Below are positions 24,819 to 38,400 of a stretch of DNA of 64,000 nt, piece by piece. This stretch comes from Octopus sinensis (lineage: Eukaryota). Every line of letters starts with the position of its first letter. Within the stretch, counting starts at the first letter, position 1. Under the pieces are notes generated by a model. That model saw nothing but the letters and a program-made list of their open reading frames with translations, had not been told where the DNA came from and searched no databases. The translations under genes and the position numbers were made by a program. The DNA is taken from contig NC_043004.1 in the NCBI RefSeq assembly GCF_006345805.1, positions 32,364,001-32,428,000 on the forward strand, written 5' to 3'.

Positions 24819-26371
24819 CTGAAATGATAATGGAATATATATTAGTGTGCGAGAGAGAGGGAGACAACATCTGAATATTGTATGCCGGAGTCTCTCAAAC
24901 AGCAGAAATGTAGCATACGGAGGGAGTGTAGTGCCATATGTTAAAACAGTAAACGTAGAGAATAAGGAAGATCTGTCAAGGCTAATGAGAAAAAAAGGAA
25001 AACGTGCTGTATATGAAATGTTAAGTTGTATGGAGGCAGAGCTCAAGTGATCTGATAGATAGCAAGTGTCTGAGAGGAAGTGTATAGGATTGATGACAAT
25101 TGGTACAGGATATTCAATGTGACTGGCCAATGAGTGATGACTGAATGAAAAATATAGCATTTATTAAAGCAATACATGATTTGACAGTAGGTGTGTGGTG
25201 ACAGGCCTACTGCTGTCTCCACATTTCTTAATAAGAGTCAAACAGTAGTGATTTTTCACCACAGATTGTTACTACTGCCTTAACCTTTGTTGCCAGGCAT
25301 CGTGTGAATAGTCGAGTGTTGTGTATGTACATATTGATATATAGAGGTATACATGCACATTTTTCCAGAGAGGGATGCCAATTCCATTAATTTTAAAATC
25401 CTTTACATGAAACATATAGAGTAGTGTTTCTCTATCTTTTTGTGCCGTGCCCAACTTTGATATTAAAAAAAACAAATGTACCTCATCATGAAACGACAAA
25501 GTAGATATATATATAGGTATACAAGTTTTATTTACTTGTCCCTTACTTATGCACCAATCTGAAGAATTCATCTCCTACTTAGAGAAATACTGATATAGAG
25601 GGTTAATCTGTTAAACACCATATCTGTTCCTACTTATATGTGTATTTGTATGTGTATATATATATATATATAGTAATAATAATCCTTGTATAGAATTTAT
25701 AAATATTCTAATGCATCGCTACATGCGTTTCCACAAATGATATATTTCTTAAGATTATAGTCCGTATTCCTAGGATGATTATAGCGCAGTCCATAGTATT
25801 CATGGACATCAGTTAGATCATGTTCATGCATTCAAATCATCCCAGGACTATGATCTTAAGAAACATGTAATTTGTAGAAATGCACATAATGCATTAAAAT
25901 CGTTCCATCAGAGGATTATTATTGTTGTTATTACTACATTTATCCTACATTATAATCACCACAGCTTAGTGCAACCTCAAAAAACTGGTATTGCCAGTTG
26001 GCATCATTAGGCTGTAGCTAGCATAACAGAATAGGGGCCATAAACGAACTTAAAGGCTATAGGTATACACAGGGACACAATCATCATTTGAGCTATTTCC
26101 CCATGAAGCATGGGCCAGTTAAGAGTACAGTGAAGCAGTTTTTCTATGTCAGATGGCTTTCCTGTCCCCAACCCTCAGTAATCTTCCAATCTATTCAACA
26201 GCCAACAGTCTGGACAGGTTTTATGGGAGGAACTGAAAACAGACAACACTGCTCAAGGAGACTTGTTTGCAAAGATTGCACAACATATTAAGACATCTCA
26301 GGAGGCCTTGATATCTTTTCATGGTGGACTGAGAGACAGCAATACAGGCAAGAACCTCCACCAACCACATA

Positions 26372-26432
<61 letters not shown>

Positions 26433-29400
26433 TAGCAGTATAACCCATATATATATATAAAATATTAATTAGAGATAAAACCACTATTATGCAACTCAAA
26501 CAGTGATAGACATAAACCAATACATAAATAACAAATAATATATATAATTAATATAATATATTAATTATATATATATTATAGTGGTTTTATCTCTAATTCA
26601 TATTTTATATTTATACTGTGAAATTTGATTTAATACTAAATTGAATTTTTCCCTGTAAGTTTGGAGTTATACTCCCTAATATTATTATTATATATACACA
26701 CATGCTATATATATACACACACACACTAATGATATCAGACATTATAACTATGAATCTGAAACAGTAAAGAGCAACTGGTTCACTGACATGACTTGAACCA
26801 TTTAACCATTGCTTACCAGGTAGTTTGTGTTACAGATTATGCTACCTTCCATCTCAATTTTTGGAGATATAAAGTATTACAGCTTTCTCAATTTTACTGC
26901 ATTACCTCCTGTAAATTATTTATCAGTTACTTAGCAACAGTAGGATAGGATGGCCTACTAATGTACAACATAGTAAGGAGCCCCACTTTGGTTTGACTAA
27001 TTAATATGGAATGTTGTAGTTCAGTGCCACAAATGGTGTTGTTCCTGCTTTTCTGACTAGAAAATTAGGCAGGTAAACAAGGGAGTAACATATAGGAAGG
27101 AGGGAAACACACAAGTATATCAGCCAGTGTTTGTAGGAAAGTATTTATAATATTTCAATCATTTCAGAAAAAGATAAAGGAAATGCTGACTTTATCCCGT
27201 GCTGGTCGCACGTAAAAAGCACCATCCGAATCGTGGCCGATGCCAGCGCTGCCTTGACTGGCTTCCGTGCTGGTGGCACGTAAAATGCACCAATCCGATT
27301 GTGGCTGTTGCCAGCCTCGCCTGGCACGTAAAAAGCACCCACTACACTCACGGAGTGGTTGGCGTTAGGAAGGGCATCCAGCTGTAGAAACACTGCCAGA
27401 TCAGACTGGAGCCTGGTGCAGCCTTCTGGCTTCCCAGATCCCCGGTTGAACCGTCCAACCCATGCTAGCATGGAGAACGGACGTTAAATGATGATGATGA
27501 TGATCCAAATTCAAATGTAAGACTCACAGGATTGTAATTAAATACCACAAGGTATTTAGTCAGACATTACTGATTTTGAAGCAACACTGTTAAACAAAAA
27601 GCACAGAATTGCTGTTGAAATAATGAAGCTTCAATATGTATCAGAATGACTATATGTGTGAAAACATTGGATTAGGGTCCTCTATGTAACAAACACAGAA
27701 AATAATAATGTGAAGATAATAGATTAGGTTACATTATTTATAACTTTATATAAATACTCAGAATGAAAGTAAACATACTTAACATACTTTATTATTTCAC
27801 AGTAAAGATTAGTTTGGGGGAATTAATGAGAATATGGGAGCTGAAACTGGAGCATCCTGATTTCAAACCTGTTTAACAAGTTTACAAGAATACATGGTGA
27901 ATGTGCTCACACCAGCCCGTGTGGTGTAATGTCTTACACAGACACAAAGTTGGTTTGTATATTTGGTTGTGCATGTCCTGTAATTTCTTATTAATCACAT
28001 ACAATAATTCTTAACTTCAGCAACAAGACTGGCCATTGTAAATTTGACACTTAGAAATTTTTTTTTTACTTAAATGTTACACTTGTTAAACTGGAGGGAT
28101 AAACATTTTGGATTAAATTGGGTGGATTAACATTGATGAGAAAGGAAAGGCTTTACCCGCTGTTATAATTGTCAGTTAATTGAAACAATACATAATATGG
28201 AAAAAAAATAATTAAAAAGCTTTACTTACATATACATCCAACAAGCCGCATATCAAATAGTGATGGTACAAGGTTGGGTTCACCAGAAGTGCCTTTTCCC
28301 CTTTTCTTTACATTCATTTCAAAAGGATCCTACAATGGAAAATGAGACAGATGCCAAATATGTAGGCATGATACACATTGTTGAGATTGATTTCAGCCAT
28401 ATAGTTGTGACTATAACCTGAGGCAACATATATATACATACACATCACATACAAATTATATATTAGACAGTTGCACAGTAATGTGAATCACATTATGCAA
28501 GCAGAGAAAACAATTATACACATACATGTATCATTATCATCATCTTTTAACGTCCGCTTTCCATGCTGGCATGGGTTGGACGGTTTGACTGCAGAGTTCC
28601 AAGCCAGGAAGTTGCACCAGGCTCCAACCTGAGTTGGCAAGGCTTCTACAGCTGGAAGCCCTTCTTAACGTCAACCACTCCGAGTGTAGTGGGTGCTTTT
28701 TATGTGCCACTGGCACGGAGGTCAGTCAGGCGGCACTGGCAGCGACCACGCTCAAATGGTGCTTTTTACTTGCTAGTCAGGCAGCACTGGCATCGGCCAC
28801 GACTACGATTTCACTTGACACAATAGATCTTCTCAAGCACATGTATATTAGTATGTATTCACACACACACACACACCTCTATATCTGCATAACATGTCAC
28901 TTTTGAGACATGCTCCATGCCAAGAGATGGATACGTAGACATTAAGTTCTTCCCCTTGGCACAATATTTAACTATGTATGTGTATATATACTTGAAAGAT
29001 TACAAGTTATATTGAATTATTTCCCTCTTTTCATATAGATGTGTGTACATGTACAAGTGTACGTATGTAACTGAAAATAAACCGGAAGCTTGTGAATGTC
29101 CAAAGATAAGGACAAATTCAAATGGAAAACTACAACCTGAGATTATAAACCTGAACATAAAATATTTACTCTAACAAATGGTACTGAGTTCTTTTTTTTA
29201 ATTTGCCCATGTTTTACAATCTGTATACATATTTACATACACGTGTGTATGTATACTCACTTTTGGTGTGAATATTGCTTTAACTCTCTTATGACTTCAG
29301 GGATCTTTTCCTTTTGAATGACATATGTCAACACAATTTCTAGTTAACTAAACACTTTTAAACTTCGTATACTGGTAGAATGTGTTTATAAAACATCATT

Positions 29401-32362
29401 TTTTCTTGGCTTTATTGAGAAAATTCTATATGTTGTAACATAGTTCCACTTTAAATTGAGCATTTCGGCAATTTTAACCAATCAAATACGTCCATTCAGG
29501 GTGAAAACATTCCGTGCTGTATGAATATGCCCTTCGTTTAAGAAACAGATTGGGTTTATTTACATTTGCGAAGAAAAAAAGATACCGTTCCCCCACCCTA
29601 CCCCTAATTCTAAACCTAACCCTTAAATAGATTGATACTAGGGTTATAATTATGGGTGACATTTTTATTTGACACCGCTAGAAAAAAATCCCTTTTTCCG
29701 TAGTGGTGTCGTATGAAAATGTCACCCATAATTATAACCCTAGTATCAATCTATTGCATTTCAATCTATTTTAGGGTTAGGTTTAGAATTAGGGGTAGGG
29801 GAAGGATATCTTTTTTTCTTCGCAAATGTAAATAAACCTAATCTATTTCTTAAATGAGGAGCATATTCATTCAGCACGGAATGTTTTCAGCCTGAATGGA
29901 CGTATTTGATTGGTTAAAATTGCCGAAATGCTCGATTTTAAAGTGGAAATATGTTACAACATATAGAATTTTCTCAATAAAGCCAAGAAAAAATGATGTT
30001 TTATAAACACATTCTACCAGTGTACGAAGTTTAAAAGTGTTTAGTTAACTAGAAATTGTGTTGACATATGTCGTTGAAAAGGAAAAGATCCGACTTCAGT
30101 TGTAAGAATTGTTTTATACGGTTCAAATAATTTTCAAAATAATAAAGGATTTGGATGGGTTTAGCAAAAATACCTATATATTTATTGGGATATCAAGCTG
30201 TGTTTCGAATATCTTTGAAAGACGAGTTTTTAGCAACTGAAAATCGTTACTGTTCATCCAATTTTTGCAGGCTCGTGTAACAGCAATTGTGGTTTTCTCA
30301 CAATTAATTCCGGCATTTTTTTCTTTTCTTTTCAATTTATTCTAAATTCTTTTCTAGAGACATCAACAGTTGTAAGGCTATGATACTAAAACACTGACTG
30401 CATACAAGTTGAAAAGCTTGCTGCTAAGATGAGCGTCAGCAAGGGACATAACTCAGACAAAATGAGTTCCAGTCAGGTTTGCTTTAATAAAAGCAGATCT
30501 GTAATCAAAGGCTTCTGGCTTTGAACGACTCCACACTGTTTTCAGGTAGTCTTATGTCAGTGTCACCATCTAGTTGTTTGTATTATTATTATTTTGTGTT
30601 GGAGAAGACTTTTACGGATTCCATGGACAGCGAGGCTCACCAATGGAGAAGTTCTTAAACAGATCAAGCCGAAACTGTCGCTAGAAACTAGGATCACCAA
30701 GCATAGATTGACATATTTTGGTCATATGCGGAGAAAATCCCTGGAGAAGGACATCATGCTTGGAATGGTCAGTGGCAAGAGAGGAAGAGGCCGACCAAGA
30801 ACCCGCTGGCTTGACACCATCAAGGGTGATACGGGAATGGACATGGCCAATCTGAAAGAAGCGGCCCAGGATAGAACTGGCTGGAGGACACTGATCTATC
30901 GAGTAACCGAGAGTCGACTTCGACTGAGCGGATAGATAGATATCTAGGACAACACTGTTCTGTGTTCTTCAATGTTTTAAGATGGCAGTGTAATTTGAGG
31001 GATATTTAGCTGTTATTTCTAGTAAGTACAGGTTCCTTCATTCATTGGCTGTGTGGCACAGGAGCTAATGTACTGACCAAGATACACCACTCTGCATACA
31101 CTAGATTACCTGACTAGCAAAATCCAAATCCATTCCATTTCACACTTGGAAAAACGGTATGTGTGTGTGTATGCATACACACACACACACACACGTCATC
31201 AACATTATTTTATGACAATCCACTTTCCATGCTGCCATGGTCTGGATGCTTTGACAGGATCCGAGAGGTTAGAAGACCATGTCTTGCTCTAGTGCCTCAA
31301 TTTTGGGTTGGTTTCTATGGCTAGATACACTTCTTCACACCAACACACATACATCCATGTGTGTGTGTGTGTGTGTGTGTGTGTTTGTACTAATTAGAAA
31401 CTGCTGCTGTGATTACATTGCATTCCATTGTGTCCTCAAATTTGGCAGTCCAATAAACAGAGATTAACAGGAGTACCCAACTGAAATAAGTACTGGAGTC
31501 AATAGGAGTGATCAAAAACCATGAAGGTAGAATCACAACAGAGCACATTCAAACGACTGAAGCCATAACAGAATAAAAAAATATAAGCATATACAATTAG
31601 TCACAGGTCTGGCTTTGTGGTAAGAAGCTTGCTTCCCAACCACATAGTTTCAGGTTCAGTCCCACTGCATGACACCTTGAGTTAGCGTCTTCAACTATAG
31701 CTTCAGGCTGACTAAATCCCTGAGTGGATTTAGTAGACAGAAACTGAAAGAAGCCCGTCATGTGTGTGTGTGTGTCATCATCATCATCATCGTTTAACGT
31801 CCGTTTTCCGCGGTAGCACGGGTTGGACGGTTTCGACCGGGGTCTGGGGAGCTCGGGACTGCCCCAGGCTCCAGTCTAGTCTGGCAGTGTTTCTACAGCT
31901 GGATGCCCTTCCTAACGCCAACCACTCCGCGAGTGTAGTGGGTGTTTTTTACGTGCCACCTGCACAGGTGCCAGAGGGGTCTGGCATCGGCCACGTTCGG
32001 ATGGTGCTTTTATGTGTGGGGGGGGCAGAAATATATAGGGGAGCACCAGTGGGGAGGGGTGGTTCAGAGAAATGATGACAGGTTCTAGGCAAGTAGAACG
32101 TAGGATATCAAGAGAGGGGTAATGCATGGTGAAATAGCGTATTGAAGAGGGGGGTTCGAAGAGTAGACACCTATAATGGTGGTGGGAGAAGCGACATCCG
32201 GTATAGATGGAGCAAAAATATAGAGATATCCGGTATTGGTGGTGGGGGTGGGCAAGGGCGGGTGCACCGGGAATATACGAAGGTTGAACTGACGGGCTGG
32301 CTTAGAAACCGGGAATATACGAAGGTTGAACTGACGGGCTGGCTTAGAAACCGGGAATATAC

Positions 32363-32423
<61 letters not shown>

Positions 32424-35400
32424 TATATGCATGCATATATCTATTTGTGAGTCTCTGTATTTACATCCTTAGCAGTTTGGCAAAAAAGGCCGACAGAATA
32501 AGTACTAGACTTTAAAAAATAAATCTTGGGATCAATTTGTTCAACTAAAACCCTTCAAGGTGGTGCCCTAGCATGGCTGCAGTTTAATGACTGAAACGAG
32601 TTAAAAATTTATTAGTGTGACAGAGTAAATTAGCCATCAGATAAATTAATGGAGTCTAAATGGCACAGGTCAGGCAGGTAGCAAAAGTGTTAGCCTATTC
32701 TGATCATCATTATCTAAAGTCCTTCTTCCATATTGGCACAGGTTGGACGATTTGACAGGATCCAGTAAGTTGCATCAAACTCCAATGCCAGCTTTGGCAT
32801 GGTTTCTATGACCTGATACCCTTCCTAATGTGAACCACTTTAGTATACTGGGCACATTTTCCTGTGATACCAGCACCAACATGTTTGAGATCCTTTGATT
32901 GAATGGAGTTATAGTAGAGAGGGAAGCAGCTTTATGGCAGGTGGTGAAATACTAAGGTATGATAGAGGGTCAGACACAGGTAGCTTGTTATAGTGGAAAT
33001 ATATGACTACCCTGCATTATGAGGGTGGGTAAGAGCAGTTGGAAGGAAGACAAAGATTGGGACAAAGTTTTAGAGTGTACTTTCAACTGAATATAAGAGA
33101 GTATGGACAGAAGATCAGGAAGGATGGGTGGGTAAGTTCATGAGAGTGTGAAAGAAGAGTGACAAAAATGTTTAGAGATAGGAGTAGCCTGTCCATTCAA
33201 AAGAATAAAGAATAAATGTGGTAGATGACAACAGAGAAGAAAAAAATTGTCCAAAGGTTGTCTTGCACATACCAAAACATGGCTGGTGTTTGCAATACAA
33301 GTACAAGAATTTTAACTGTATAACTGTAATGAAACTGTAGTCCATTTATTGTACATCATTTATGAGTACAGCCTCAGCAGCCTTGATACAGAAAAATATT
33401 TTCTGGTGTATATTTGATTTTAAAGAATGCTGCAAGTTTATCCTCGGGTTAATCCTGATCAAGCAGACTTATGACCAAAGATAGGCACCTTTTTATACAT
33501 TCAGGATTTATATTATCCAATGCATGCCTCCATTTTTGAAGATGGTTGGTGTGATTTTAAAAGAAATTTGGCAGCTATTTCTAGAAAATTAAGCAACCAT
33601 ATAGAGATCCGCTGAAGCTTACTTCACAATATTTTCATATTCTGTCAAGGAAAATAAATGGAAAATGTTTCCATAATCATCCATCTAACTGAAGTAAGGG
33701 TTAAGAAGATTTATGCAAGGTACAATGTACAAGATTAATCCAGAGACCTACATTTCATTCAACCAAAAGTGTCAATAGTATAACAATTGTTTCTAATTTA
33801 GGCACAAGACCAGCAATTTTGAGAGAAAGGGGTTAGTCAATAACATCCATGCCAATACTTGACTGGTATTTTATTTTGACACATTCCCACCTACCTCCAA
33901 GGGACAAAAGGCAAAGTTGACTTTGGTAGGATTTGAATTTGGAATGTAAGAGCCAGATTAAATACTGTAAAACATTTTTCAGTGCTCTAATGATTGTTAA
34001 TAATGCTGTTAATAATTGTTTCAGTAATTTTGAGAGGAGGGGGTTAGTCGATAATACTGATGCCAGCACTTGATTGGTACTTTATTTTATTAAACTTCCA
34101 GACAAATTCAAGAGAAAACTATGTTCTAATGTTCAATTTAACCATCCTAACAGTGCTACTAATGCTGGAAGACCTATGCACCCACCTCTATGCAATCGCA
34201 CAAAGGTCATCAAGTTTGAATTGACAGGATGAATATAGTAAATTAAGAGGTGACTTTAATCACATTAGAGCATTTACCTGGTGAAATGGAACAGGAATTA
34301 ATTATTTAAAAATATGTTTTTGTTACCTCATTTCCTGCAAGTTTTGCCAACAATTCAAACCGTTCTACACCAACAGCATGACCAAGAGCATCAGGCATGG
34401 AGACGTCAGAAACTGCGAGACAAAACACAAAAGCAATTAATGACAAAATATTTATAAAAGATAGCTGAAGTTTTTATTAAAACAACTGCATTAACTGATA
34501 TCAGTCATGTACTTCTCACCTTGTTGATACATAGCAAGAAAATATCTTGCAAACAATAGATTGTATGATACTTGTGTGCATAGGTCAGAGACTAATGAAG
34601 CAAGCATGCCCTGCTAGATGTGTAAAGTTAGTCTACATGAATGATGGGATACAACTGAGCTGAGAGATTAAACTAAAACGAATCAGCTATAGTGTACACA
34701 AATGTAGTTTACATTAACATGGACATGCGATGCATATGAAGGATAACAGATGGGTTAAAGAAATGTCAGGATACCCAAGTAGAAGAGGAAGACAGACAGA
34801 AATAATGATAAAAGCTGATGTTGAATCGCACAAACAAAATAGAAAAAGGAAACTCAACAAATGGCAACATACTGTTGGAAATGCTGGAAAAGACCGATGC
34901 AAGCATGGAAAAGCAGACGTACAAATGATGATGAACACCATTAATGTTGCATGGGATATTTTAGACAAAATACAACACTACTTTATATAAATACACTGAA
35001 TACCATTGGTATTGCATGGAAAACTGTATACGAGACACACCATTATATAAATACATTTAACACCATGAATACTGTGTGGGAGAAACCATAAAGACACCAA
35101 TACTTTTATAAGTACAGCAACATAGATATAAATAATACTGAAAGGAAAAACTTTAAACAAGACAATCAAATATCTAACACCATTAGTGAAGTATTAAGCC
35201 TTAGACCAGAAACTCTATATGAAACATCAACTTAATATTGTAGCAGACTCAGTCACTTACATGCTAATAATATAAGCAGATAATTCACTTCATCAAACAA
35301 CTGTTTTCTCATTATCAAAACCAATAGTGAACCATTTACATTTGACTTACAAAACTCAATAAAAGATCAGTTGTATGCTACAGTCATTAAATCTACTCAT

Positions 35401-38400
35401 CTTCCTACAAAATGTAAGGCTTTACATCAAACATCATCATTTAACGTCTTCCTTCCATGCTGGCATGGGTTGGAAAGTTTGACAGGAGCTGGCCAGGCAG
35501 GAGCTTGCATTGTGCATGTTTTGGCATGGTTTTTATGATTGGATGCCCTTCCTAACACCAAGTACTCCATAGAGTGGGTTGAGTGCTTTTTACATTGCAC
35601 ACACAGGTCAATTTTGGCATGGTTTTTACAGCTGGATGCCCTTCCAAATGCCAACCACTTTTCAGTGTGAACTGGGTACTTTCTAAGTGGTACCTGCATT
35701 GGCAGGGTCACCAAGTGACTTTGCAAGGCAAAGTGTCTTTGAGAGGGGAAGGGGCATTGGAGGTGATCTTGTGTCAGATGATGAAAGATTAGAGTGTGAC
35801 AGAGAGGCAGAAACAGAGGTCTTGCTGTAGAGGTGGTACATGGTTACCCAACAAGAGGGAGAGCAAGAGTTAACAAGAATGAGGGTAGAAACAGTTACTT
35901 AAAGAGAAAGTGGGAGTTAACAAGAAAGAGGTGTGCTGCTGCAAAGGAGATACAAAGTTACCTAGCCAGAGGTAAGAGCAAGGGAAGAGAGGGAGGGAGG
36001 GAGAGTGATCAAGAATGAGGACAAAATTACCATCAAGTTTCACCTAAAAATGGAAACCTAGATGTAGTTCTATCAGAAAGAGTTATTAAAAAAAAAGACA
36101 CTTAAAATAACAGTTGCTACAATCAATAATTAATCGAAGTACAGCAAAATTCTGAAATACAGAAAATAGGTTAAAAAAAAAATGGTTATAAGTCATGTTT
36201 TGATAAAATAATTAATTCATTAAAATGTCATATATTATGTTAGTGTATAACTGTGCTAGCTAGATGTGAAAATTGATTTAATTTAATGACTGAAGTTTGG
36301 TTTTCCCAATAGCTGGTAAAAAAATCTGTGAATCCATATCTGAAAGCAATGTCAATGTTTTTACTGTACAGTGACATTAGCAGTTCAACAACATTATATA
36401 AAAGCATTGTGATCTAACGTTATGGGCCACTGCATATATTGTGTGTGTGTGTGTGTAATGTTTATGCTTACAATCTAAAAATATAACAATTTTAAACTAA
36501 ACACAAACTATAATATAACCATTTTGTAAAAATTTTTTTTCATTTGTTATAATTTATTTAAATCACTTCATTCAATCAATAATTGATTAAAGAAATTAAT
36601 TTTTACTTCAATCAACTGTCCATATACCATATGTGTGTCAACATTTTCATTTCACATTCATTTTCTATACTGACATGAATTGGTCAGGTTGACCCAGTCA
36701 AGTCGGATGTTATTCAGAGTTACTGCCCACATACATAGGTCAGAGGACTCCATTTCACTCAGACACATCAGTTTTAGCATGGTTTCTATGGCTGGATGAC
36801 ATTCCAAATGCCAACCATTTTATAGAGTGTACTGGGTAAAGTTTATCATGGCACTAGCAGTTACATATCAATCTTTTACTGATTACACTCAGTGGACTGC
36901 TGGCCATATTGGAGTACTACCTTTGAGGGATTTTAGTTGATCATATCAATCCTAATACTTACTTTAGATTGTATTCATCTCTACTAGTCAAAATACATTA
37001 CAAGACAAACACAAACATGAACCAAATTATCTAATGTATCCTTCCTTTGTGAAGATGAGATTTGAAGGAATTTAGCTGCTATTTCTTGCAAGTTGAACAA
37101 CCACAAAGGGTTTTTATGAGGTCACTACAACCAACAACACCCATTACCTACAAATTTGTTTTGCAGCAAAAACTATTTATCTGCTGTAAATTATTTTGAT
37201 AATTACCCAAAAATGTTAAATGTTATCTAATACTAATCATGTCATTGTGTGTATATGTAAACATTTTTTAATGTGAGTATGAGTAGAAAGCTGGGTGTGT
37301 GGGAGGAATTTTAAAACAATTGTTTCTAGAGCCAGATGCTATTACAAAAAGTAGCCAAGAGATGTTTCTGTTTTTCTTTTTTTCAACCTAACTTACTCTA
37401 GAGCAGTAGTTCTCAACTGAGATCCATATAAGAGTTTTGGGGGTCCACATAAGCAAAATAGTAAATTGGGGTCGCAAAGTAGTATGAAAAAAATTTGCTT
37501 CAGATGTAGCAAATTGCAATAAATTGCAGGAAACAGCTAGTTGTCTTTCTCTAACATTTCTCATAGTTCAACCTACACAAGGGAATGTTTGAAAAACAAA
37601 ATAGGAATTTTGAAAGAAGTATCTGTAAAGCTAGTTTTTAAACATCAAATGTCTACGAGGGTCCACCAGAGTAAAATAGTAATCAAAGAGATTCGTAGAC
37701 AAATGATGGTGGAGAACCACTGCTCTTGAGAAAAATACAAAGAATAGACAATAAAGGATTTTATCTTATACCCACGTAGTCGATAGCTGCAGCTCCTTAA
37801 AAAAAAAAAAAAAACTAAAAGTAGCTGTGCCTCCCAAATAGACATTTCCATTAACAAACCCACGATTGTTTGGAAACCAGAATGAATAATTGGCTCCTAA
37901 TACTTTAGGTAGTGTGTGATAAACCTAAAGTTAACTCATCAAAAATAAACATTACTGCTATTTCTATTTTTATATAGACTTGTAACAGAATACTATGAAA
38001 ACACATTTGTTAACGTCTAGGGTTAAAAAAGAAAAAAAAAAAAAGAAAGGTCAACAGGATACACGAACAAAAATAATATAACCTGTTGTAAAAAGTTAAC
38101 GCTTGTAACTCGATCGTGAGCCAACACAAAAGACAGAACGGTTAAATAAGGAAGCAGTTAAGTGGTTAAAGCACAATAACAAGCAGGTGTAGATCTGGTT
38201 AGAGTTAACCAGAATGTCAAGGTCAATTGAGATCACAAGATAACAGAAATAACGACTGGATGTGTGCGTGTGTGAAGATAATACGTAGGAAGTTCGAAAT
38301 TTTGGAAGGGTATCTATCTTCACTTCTGTGATAAGCTATTTTAACTGCTCCACAAAGCTTAAAACAAAAGCTCCACCGAGTCCTCCCACTGATTTGACCA

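Noticed and set aside
25185-25300. H/ACA snoRNA interpretation of the twin hairpins
   Set aside because: No terminal ACA box, and the only ANANNA lies on the strand antisense to the host gene
34730-34990. 86-aa ORF antisense to COX5B
   Set aside because: DNRWVKE...RRGRQ resembles a decayed RTE C-terminus, not a gene
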